From assembly GCF_964355755.1 (NCBI RefSeq), contig NC_092674.1, positions 12,586,001-12,650,000 on the forward strand: DNA of 64,000 bases, in the 5' to 3' direction. The notes beneath the pieces were generated by a model. That model saw nothing but the letters and a program-made list of their open reading frames with translations. It was not told the origin of the DNA and searched no databases. This document shows, in pieces, positions 54,061-64,000 of this stretch (its first letter is position 1; each line of letters starts with the position of its first letter). A program made the position numbers and the translations under genes. The stretch comes from Antedon mediterranea (taxonomy: Eukaryota > Animalia > Echinodermata).

Positions 54061-55812
54061 ATTTGGTGGTATTATACATGATGTGCCTGTTTATGTACAG
54101 AGAAAGAGCTTATTTTAGTATCATATAGTAATATATTTTCTATATAAGAGAATATGGTATTTCAAATCAGGTACAAAAGCCGACGATCCAAGCGAATTAC
54201 ATGTTTTAAAAAAATCGGAAAACACTCATTTGTTTATTTTCAAAACACATTGCAAATCGGAGAGGTCCGATGGCATGCGTGACTGCCGGAACAACGCAAC
54301 AAAAATGAAAAACGAAAATGGCATGTTGTGTTTTCTGTAGGCCTATACAGTAATTAGTTTCTCAGAAACCACCATTGACAGTAGCAGAATTGGGTGTTTA
54401 TTTCAAGCTCACATAAACGGGCAAAGAAATCCTCGTTATTAAAAAAAAAACATTATTTAAGCTTATTCACTATAGTATATTTACACTAATCTACTTATTA
54501 ATTTATTTATATATTGTTTTCACTTTTAATTTTAATTATACCCACAGATTGCACTATTTTCTTTATACTTTATTAGGTACTCTTTTCGTACTGTTGGGAA
54601 TTGATAAATATTTCAGTTCAATTATTTTCCAAAATAATGGTACACAACAATGAAAGAAAATGTGAAAACAACATTTTTGTTACGTTCTTGTCATTAGAAA
54701 TATTATTGCGACTGAGGTGAACTTCGAAAATGCCAGTCAGATATACAAAAAAAGTTACAAGGAATAAATTAGCAATTGTCAACTGCATACTCATCCATCA
54801 AACTAGCCGCCATCGAGAAAATATTCAATTCCATGAATCTTATGAGGGTTAGGTTTATAGGAACAATAGTACTTGTTTTATTTGTTTTGGCAATTAATGC
54901 AATTAAAGCGTAATTAATTCGTCATATTCCATTTGGAATACAACGTCCTGTAAAATGACTAGAATGTTCAGATTTGTTAATTTTTAAATTATATTATATA
55001 CAGAATTATATATTATTTAAAATGTTCGGGTGGCTTCCATGCATGCGGCTTTTAGCCTTAATGGAAGTCCTTTTGTATATTTTTTGCTTTGTATTTTTTT
55101 TTATGGATCAAATAAACTGACTTGTGTGACTGGTATCTCGCCGCCTTTCCACGTATCATTTTATCGCATTCCATCATATTACTATTGAAACTGAATTTAA
55201 ACATTTTAACAAGCTTTTTGTGATGGTCACAAAATGCTAAGATACATTAAAAGAACGCTCATCGCCAGATCTATGTATAGTAATCAGAAATATTCAAACA
55301 AAAATGATGTTGTTGTGATGTCGGTGGTGGGTGTTAGTAAGTGTGGCGGCGTTCATTCAGGGAGGCATTTGTTGGTAACATTTTATAATAAAATAGATTC
55401 CCCTAGATATGAACAAGTACAACACCGTATTTGATATTATCAAGAAGTGATAACAGCTAAAAGTTGTATGAAAATGCTTGGTAAATAAATATGATATAAC
55501 AGTCAATGAATTATTCAACAAGTATAATTGTGTTTGTTTATAATACAATATTGTGTGTATAAATGTACGTGGCGGGGCGTTTATTAGAGTGTGGAGGCTG
55601 GATATTTAAAAAATGTTTTTTTGGGGAGGGGGCGTTTATTCAAATAAATGCGGTAGGCTTAATTGGTATAATCAATACATTATTTAGTTCAAATCAAACA
55701 CCAAATAATGAAAATCATCAGTGAACTGTTTCGGCATAAGGAAAACGTTCTAAACGGCTTGCAACATTGGTTAAACCACTCCGTGTCTCAATGGCGATAC
55801 AGTACATGCAGA

Positions 55813-57065
55813 GTATCAGAACGTACCAGTTCCAGAAACGGATGAAATACGAATTTAATTAAGTATTAAAGCAAACATAACAACGGACGATGATTAATTG
55901 ATAGTTGTCCCACTACACAAATACAAGGACCGGGAAAATCCAGCAAACTATCGCCCAATTACTCTATTATCCATTTTTTGTTAAAATATTTGAAAGAGAT
56001 TGGGTAGAATAAGAGAAAGGGTAGAAATGGAACAAATTATATCAGAGGAACAGGCGGGCTTTAAGAATAAGTATAGTACGATTGATAATACTTTTATACT
56101 TCAAACATAATCAATAAAGCATTACAAAAAAGGGGAAAACGCTATAGTGTGTTTGTAGATTTTAAACAGGCTTTTGATCGTGTGGATAGATCAATTTTAA
56201 TAAATTAAATAAGTTAAACCTTCTTGTAAACTTAATTGAACTCTTGATATCTATGTACACGAACACTGAAATAAAATGAAAACGCTGCATGGTTTAACAG
56301 ATGCAATATAATGTAGTATAGTATTAAAGCAAGGATGTCTCCTCTCTCCTCTTCTTTTCACTCTTTTTATATGATTTTAAAGACATTTTACAGAGGGAAA
56401 ATAACCACTACTGTTTAATAAATAACAATGTAATTTCACACTTATTATTTGCAGATGATCTAGTTTTGTTTTCATATTCTAAAGTTGGTCTACAAAGGCA
56501 AATAAATTGTCTTGTAAAATATTGCAATGTAAATAAGTTAGAAATAAATAAGTTAAAAACTAAAGCTTATGGTGTTCCGAAATGGTGGGGATGAAAAATG
56601 GTACATAAATGATGTCAATATAGAAATAGTAAAAGAATATAAATATTTAGGTTTTTATTTTAATAATAAGGTGGATTGGAACACGATGAAAATTAAACAG
56701 GCGGAAAATCACGCTTTACATTATCGTGCCATAATCTGTTGATTGAAAAGGGGCGACATTTAAAAATTAACCGAGAGTCTAGAATATGCATGTTTTGTGA
56801 TCAATTAAGTTTATAAGATGAAGAACATTTTCTTTTTTACTGTCCTTTTTATAAAAACACTAGAAAAAAATATATGTCTGATTTAAATGTATACATGTTA
56901 AAACATGTTTATAAACAATGAAACCCAAAAAATTAAGTCTTTGCAACCTATTTATGTAAAGCTTATGAAAAGAGAAAAACATGTATTTCCGAAATTAATA
57001 TAGATTTTATTATGTGAAATGGGCCGGAGGCCACTGTTTATTGAAATAAAAAGAAAGAAAGAAAG
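55813..57065 (+). mobile_element. RTE-X-like LINE, degenerate RT to 3' tail
   Basis: NYRPITLL, EEQAGF, FVDFKQAFD, KQGCLLSPLLF, LFADDLVL and C-terminal Cys/His motif; (AAAG)n tail; clade assigned from motifs only. Confidence 0.7.
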
Positions 57066-60000
57066 TTGGTCTATACATCAGCGTAGTACAGAAACGGCTT
57101 TGTTAAAAGTCAAAACATATATTCTCCACAACTTTGCCCACAGGTTGCGTGCTTATAAGCAATAATTGATACATGTCATCCGTGTTCGACACAGTGGACC
57201 ATACAGTTTTAATTAATAGATTATCTAATGAGTTTGAGTATCAAATTTGGTGCTATAAATTGAATTGAATCATGTTTAGACAATCGATGTTACAAGGTCA
57301 AATTGTTGGGTTGTGAATCTGTAAAAACAAAAATTAAAGTCGGTGTCCCACAGGGGTAAACAATTAGCCCGGCATTTTTTACAGCGTGTACTAGACCTAT
57401 TGCCGATATTATAAAGTTTCATAATGTTGGGTATCATCTATATGCTGATGATACCCAACTTTATTCAAATTTTGATCCTAAAATAGCCGGTGATTTAGAA
57501 GTGTCTATTTTTTTAGATTAATAATCTGTATCAAAAAACTTAAAATATGGATGTGTAAAAACAAACTTACGCTTAATGAGCAAAAGACAGAACTTTTAGT
57601 TTTGGTTCCAATAAAGGTTAATATTAATGATAGTAACATTGAACTTAATATTGGTGGTAACATTCTGAAACCATCAGATACCGTTACGAATCTTTGATAC
57701 AGACCTTAGCATGACACCTCATATTAATATGATTTGTATATGACTTCTATATCTTTATATATTTATATTTTCCTATATGTCATTTTTCATTGAGATTTCT
57801 ATTTTTATATCTTAAAATTGTAACAAAATATGTTAAGCGCTTTGATCAACTATAGCGCTATATAAGCAATTATTATTAATTATTATCATTAGATAGTACG
57901 TGAGCGAAGCGAGCGTACCTTCTAGGTCGTGTCCACAGATGGTTCTCAAATACACAGTAATTCCAGCGTAAAAAAACTGGCGATTTTAAATGTACTTACC
58001 GAAGGACTATAAATACATTGTCGTTTTCCGAAACGAATAAATAGACACGATGATTAATGTAGTTAACTAAAATTAACACCCATGGAATTAGGCCTACTTC
58101 CGAAGGAGAAACTTGTCTTAAAAATGAGTCTAAGTTTTTTTATTTTAACTCATTTAAACAAACCCAATTTGTATATAACACTAAAGTTGAGGGATGGGGA
58201 AGAGGATGGGAAAATCAATTTTTAAACAAATTCTTTATCCACTCAGTAACGAAATATAGTTTTAAATGTTTTATAAAGGCCTATCAATAATATACCACTA
58301 AACAAAGGCAAACATTTACGATTTGATACTTTTTTTTAAACTCTCCCTTTTATAGTCGATTGAAATAGTAAAGTACATGTAACGATACACCACTACGACG
58401 TTTATATTTTTATAATTATTAATTAATACAAACGTTGAGAAGCAACTCTCAGTAATACAGTATTTATTTGTATATTATGTGTTTATATATCCAGCAGTAG
58501 AGCCTACCCACAGTCACAGTAATAAATGTTCTTTGTATATGTGTTTATATATCTAACAGTAACCACATTCACAGTAAAAAATCGATTCTAATGGTGAACA
58601 AAAATGGGTAATACGTATTTACAATATTTCTAAAGTATTGCAATATTATATCTCAGTTTTAAGTTTATTCTCCAAGGGCCCATACATTTACCTACAAATT
58701 GGGAGTCTGAGAGATTGGAATGTTCTATTCATCGCAAATCAATACATTTGTATAAACGTATATTAAATCTAACAAAATAGTATTTTTTTAAAGAAAATCG
58801 GTCTGTCTTCAACATTATGAGACTGTACTCGAGCTGTTCAACCGGTTTTCAGCTATTAAAGCTCAGGTACAAGCATGAATTTTAAATATAATATCTGGTT
58901 AAGTACATACATGAACTATTTGTAACAGAAATCAAGACGAAAAAACATGAATTTCTCTTAAAATGGTCGAATACAAAATATGTCAACATTCTGCCATAAA
59001 AACCAGGAAGACTTTTTTTCAGTAGTTATGTCTTGATAGATTCGTAACGGACGCATATTCAAATGAACCAAATTTACTAGAATTTAGTAATGAAGCAAGT
59101 TTTAGATTCGTCTTAAAAATATCATATCATCGCATCCCATCCTATTACTATTGAAACCGAATTGAAACATTTTAACTAGCTTTTTATGATGGTCACACAC
59201 ATCGTCAGATATATGTATAGTAATGAGAAATATACAAACAATGATGTTGTTGTGATGTCGGGGTGTGGGTGTTTTTGGGGAAGGAATTTGTTGGTAACAT
59301 TAATTTCATAATAAAATAAATTCCCCTAGATATGAACAAGTACAACACTGTATTTCGTATTATCAAGAAGTGACAACAGTAAACAATTGTATGAAAATAA
59401 TTGTTAAATAGATATAACAATTAATCAATTATTCAACATAATATAATTATATTTGTGTTATAATACAGAAGTGTGTGTATAAATATAATGTGGGTGGCGT
59501 GGCGTTTATTAGAGGGTGGAGGTTGAATATTCCAAAGATGTTTTATGGGGGAGAGGGCGTTCGTATCTCGGGTCTCAACGACGATAAACGCAGATAGCGC
59601 GCAACCTGTTCAAATCTAACATCAACTCAACAACTCGGCTACCATTCGGCTATATCGAGATTTTACCTGATTTGAAATACATCTATGATTATGGCTATAA
59701 TCCGTTCTCCCGATGTAGGCATAGACCCCGTTTATGATATTTAAAATTGTATATACTGATTTTAAAATTTACCCGCAATATAATTCGATGATGTTTTAAT
59801 ATAATTGATTTGTTGATCGTTTTTTTGCACACAAAAAATGTGATGTGCCCATATATGGACATGATGATGTCATATAATTACCATATATGGGCACATTAAT
59901 GTTATAGTGTAGACAGCTTGGAATGTTACGCGTGGCCGTAAAAAAAAAACATTGGAGGGGAGCAAAAACTCGGAAGTCGCAAAATAGTATTAGTGAAACG

Positions 60001-60562
60001 CGTAATAACATTGCAGTAATATTTATTAATTCATAAAGTTTATGAAATAATCAAATTAAAATAATTATTACAAAGTGCGACAGACAGTTATTACAAAGTG
60101 CGACAGCTCGATTACTACAAGTGCGACACAGTACAAACGGGGTTTACAGATAGTAATTATATGCGATGTGTCTTTTTTAAGACAGTACTTATCAGGAATG
60201 GACCCTATTTGTGTCTTTTGTTGCATTTCGGGATCATTCATTTGAAAATAATATTAAGTTCTGTGGTGAGATCTTACTTGGTGATTCAGGGCTTTAAATG
60301 ACCGGCACTTAAAAACTGTCTTTGATTTATCTTACTTCCCAATGTCAAGATTAACATTGATGAGGCAGCGTTGTTCCGAATTACGTGAGGGGTACCGTGC
60401 AGTTCTCGACAATACAGTCATCCTCACTACAAAGTAGGCCTAAATTGGTTCATTTAGGTATGTTATTACCGATACGCCTTTTAAAAATTGTAAAATTAGC
60501 ACTTTGTTTTAATCACACTGAATTATATAGCACATATTATTATTAATGTTTGTAGCACTTAC

Positions 60563-60661
60563 ATTCGTCTGAAGATCCAAATTAGCACCTGCCTTGAGCA
60601 AAATAGTGCAAATATCCGTTTGGCCCTTTAGTGCAGCCACATATAAAGGTGATGCTCCATT
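60563..60661 (-). CDS. Ankyrin-repeat exon type D' (NGASPLYVAALKGQTDICTILLKAGANLDLQTN)
   Basis: 99 nt, canonical splice sites; differs from D by V17I, E32T and one silent change (GCG>GCA). Confidence 0.92.
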
Positions 60662-63600
60662 CTGAAATATTACAAACATTATGTTATACTATAGTTTACT
60701 ACTCTAAACAAAGTATTATAATATTTTCATGCAATCAATACGATGTAATCAATTAAAAATAACGTTATAGATTTAAATAATGCTACATTGAAAAATTAAA
60801 TAAAGATTATAAACACTTGATGTTTTCTTTAATATAATGTATTGTATACGTATTAAATTATACACCTGTCTTGCTTTTAGTACTTTATGAATGTAAAACA
60901 AGTATTTCTTTGCATGAAATGTAAACACTTCATCCGGTAGTGCTAACTAATCTCAATCAAAGTATTGACAAGAGGTTCTGCCAATAGAGGGCTAAAATCA
61001 CACATTATGGCTATGCACGATATTTTTTGGCGTTCCAGATAATTGTATTTTATTGTTTACGTGTTTTAATATTATTTATAATTTTCAGACAAATTTTAAT
61101 AGCTTATATGCATGAAAATAGTGTAGTTTTCTCATCTTATAAATCAAATGTCAACTGTATACGTGAAGCATAATTGTATTGGATTGTTATTGTATTGTAT
61201 TGTATTGTTAAAAAAATACATTTCAGTTCCAACTTATCCTTACATATATAAACTACAGTAAACTACAGTAGGCGGAGGTTTGTACTGTCAGAGTACCCTC
61301 TAGTTGGAACTGTATTTGTAATAGTACAGGCCTAATTTAAATGCAGAAGCTCACAGTAAGTTTACGTCGTTGTACCATTGTTTTCTGATAATTGGAATGT
61401 AATCAGTTTTTATTATAGTGAATTCTGATTTGACAAATTAAATTTGTCAAAACCAGAAATCACTATAATGTATGACTGATGAGTTCAAGTTCAATCTGAA
61501 AACATCACTGATGACAAATTATAGCTAAACATTAATTATTATTGTCAACATAATCGAGTTGAAGGTATTGCTGTATATGTACGTAAATATCATAGTATAG
61601 CATACTGACAAAAAACGTTACATAAGGTAATTAGTCTATTTTCGTATACTAAGCGACTTACATTTTCTATACCTGACATAATTATTTGAAGTATGTATAT
61701 CCCAATATATTTGGTTGGTGTCATAATAGGCGATTTTAAACTCTCATAAACATGCAATGAAATCCTCGTTATTGAAACAAAAATCTATTTATTAATATTA
61801 ATATAATATGTTTTCTCTTTTTACTTGGTTAGATAAAACATGTTACCGAGAAACGGCAAACATTCTAGTTTAAATTCTTTATGTTAAGTACCCACAGATT
61901 GCACTATTTTCTGTAAGCTTAAATAGGTTTTCTTTTCGTTCATGTGTTGGGAATAGAAAATATTTCTCTTCAAACAGTTTCCAAAATATTGGTACACAAC
62001 AATGAAAAAAAAATGTCTGTTAAGTTCTCGGTTACGGTCAATAGAACCATTCTTGCAACTGAGTTGAACTTCGAAAATACCGGTCAGATGTACAGTGGGG
62101 GAAAGGCACTTCGCGTTTTGACCGTTAAATCGTGTAAAATCGACTTACTTCCGCATTGACGATTTTGAAGCGCCACCTATTGTTGAAAACTGAAACCACG
62201 ATTTTTCGTCGCCTAGCAAATAAGTGCTGTTTTATTTTAAGCTCTCATGAATATTTATGAACCGCCCAACATTACCTATTATGGTAAACGCATTTCCTAA
62301 TAAGTATAATTGGATAACCAATCGGTTTCCTTCAAAGAAACCGAAGCTAATACAATACATTCGGCGACTGAAGTAGGGACTCGTGAAATTTATAAATGTG
62401 GTACGATTTGACTACTGTTTTGTTGTCCATTTTCTGTCCATAGTCGGAGGTGCATCCCAACAAATTACAAAAATTATAATCAATTGTTTTATCAAGAATA
62501 ATATTAGTTTAATCGTTTAATCGAGTATGATATATTTCTATCCTGTTAAAAATTTGTTGGTGTATTCTCAGGCCTCGAAAGGTAGGTACATTTTGTAGCT
62601 GTGAGCGTGGTTTCGGCAACGCGAGACACGTGTATCAGTATAGGCGATAGCGAGACGTGTGTTGTACTGTGTTGATGCTGATCCGATAATCGTTAAGTTG
62701 TACTGATTACGAGTATCATTGGTCCTGGCCGGCCTAGCCTGGCGATCTGATCCTCCCAAAAAATACTTTTTTCAATCAGTATTAATATTATTATTATTTT
62801 TTTCATTTATTATTTGATTTATTAGGCTCAATAGATGCCTAGCTAGGCTACTACTAGTTGGCCTAGATTATATAAATAATAATAGTAAATACTGTAATTT
62901 AAATAATAAAATACAGCCCCCCCCCCCCCCCCCATTTTACTTCTTAGGACATCATATAATATTATAATTATATATACAACCAGACATTAACATTTTTTTT
63001 TAATAATATTTATTATTTTTTCTGACACTTTCAGGAATCGTTGATGATGCAGAGTTCTTCGTCATTGTGACTTCAAATTGAGAGTGAAGTGGATAAAAAT
63101 ATGACACCGGTACCTACCGACATTGTCATACCCAAACTATAATTTAATAATTTAAAACAAAATGTTGAATTGCAAATAATATATGTATGTTGCAGAGGAT
63201 TTAGATGAATTACAATACAAATGTTTTATGTTGAATGCGAGTTATACTCTGTAAATTATGTTATTGTCATGTGGTAGACCTTAAAAATTGAATATTTATT
63301 GTATGCTAGGCCTATATTATATTTTATTAATACTATTACTGTATTACTATTATTTATATTAACAGTAGGCCTACTACTATAGTTTGTACATGTTTTTACC
63401 AAAAAAAATGAATAAATAATTTGTTATTCAATCTAATTGCTTATTTGTTCATCGATAACAAAACAATTGTAAGCAAGTATATAACAGTTCTTGTTAGCCG
63501 CTTATTTCAGGTCATATTATTAATATTAGCTAGGCCCGATGCGCCCGATCACAACGTCACTAAGTGACTTTCCGCCCCTAGGAACAATCGTTCGCTAAAT

Positions 63601-64000
63601 AGGGCTAGGCCTCGGACTCGTATAAAAGCTATTATAATAGTTATGATAAATATTCCTCAACTAAAATGTATATTGTGATAAATAAACAAGTAATAATATA
63701 CGTTGTATTGGAATGTATTTATTTATATGAATTCTTACACGCGGACAATTATAAACATCGCGTATATCGTTCGCTATAAATAAATTCATAAACACGATGA
63801 CGACGTGTTTACAAAATGGCGGTTTCGCTAGTTTTCGATGGAACAAATAGAGATACCTTTAGTTTGAATAGTCGGAGCTGCATCCCAACAACCGAATTTT
63901 GTATCTTAATATCGTATTCTGTGGATTATTAATTTTTCTAACAGGGATTTTAAATTCAGGACTGTTCAATTTTTCTAAATATTTTATTTTAACGATTTTC

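Larger units (their letters stand above)
47362..59945. repeat. Intron-only tandem duplication within the C-D' intron
   Basis: At ~49771 the sequence jumps from the homolog of ~19820 back to the homolog of ~14842. Confidence 0.85.
1271..60661 (-). other. Large multi-exon ankyrin-repeat gene (internal portion; 10 one-repeat exons visible, ends outside window)
   Basis: Ten 99-nt segments on the minus strand, each bounded by TTTCAG acceptor and GTAAG donor, phase 0, stop-free, translating to the ankyrin consensus xGxSPLxxAAxxGHTDVCTILLKxGAxLDLxxx. Spliced together they give 330 aa of contiguous ankyrin repeats. Confidence 0.9.
38551..64000. repeat. Second copy of the A-B-C-D higher-order unit (paralogous to 1..24436)
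   Basis: Position 38551 matches position 1 and colinearity continues to the window end, apart from the solo LTR and large indels. Confidence 0.93.

Noticed and set aside
1-64000. CRISPR array, tRNA/rRNA genes, prokaryotic systems
   Set aside because: No short regularly spaced repeats or structural RNA genes seen; the PBS is only complementary to a tRNA end; spliceosomal introns and TE content show eukaryotic DNA.

Overview
AT-rich, intron-rich eukaryotic DNA, most likely from an invertebrate animal. The window lies inside one large minus-strand ankyrin-repeat gene; neither its start nor its stop is visible. Ten 99-nt, phase-0 exons (TTTCAG|exon|GTAAG) each encode exactly one 33-aa ankyrin repeat. 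They fall into four types, A-D, plus a variant D'. In transcription order they read D'-C-B-A-D-A-D-C-B-A. The array grew by duplication of exon+intron cassettes: a ~28-kb four-exon higher-order unit, a near-identical 10.3-kb two-exon tandem duplication, and an intron-only duplication. Differences between exon types are almost all amino-acid changing and fall mainly on the binding-surface positions randomised in DARPin libraries, suggesting a diversifying modular binding or recognition protein. The introns hold many transposable elements: a nearly intact Gmr1-type Gypsy LTR retrotransposon (integrase before RT) with a solo LTR at the paralogous site, Rex1/Babar-, L2-, RTE-X-, L1/Tx1- and CR1-like LINE fragments, non-autonomous Helitrons/HINEs, MITEs, and TA-site excision footprints. 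All calls come from reading the sequence by eye; no database searches were run.
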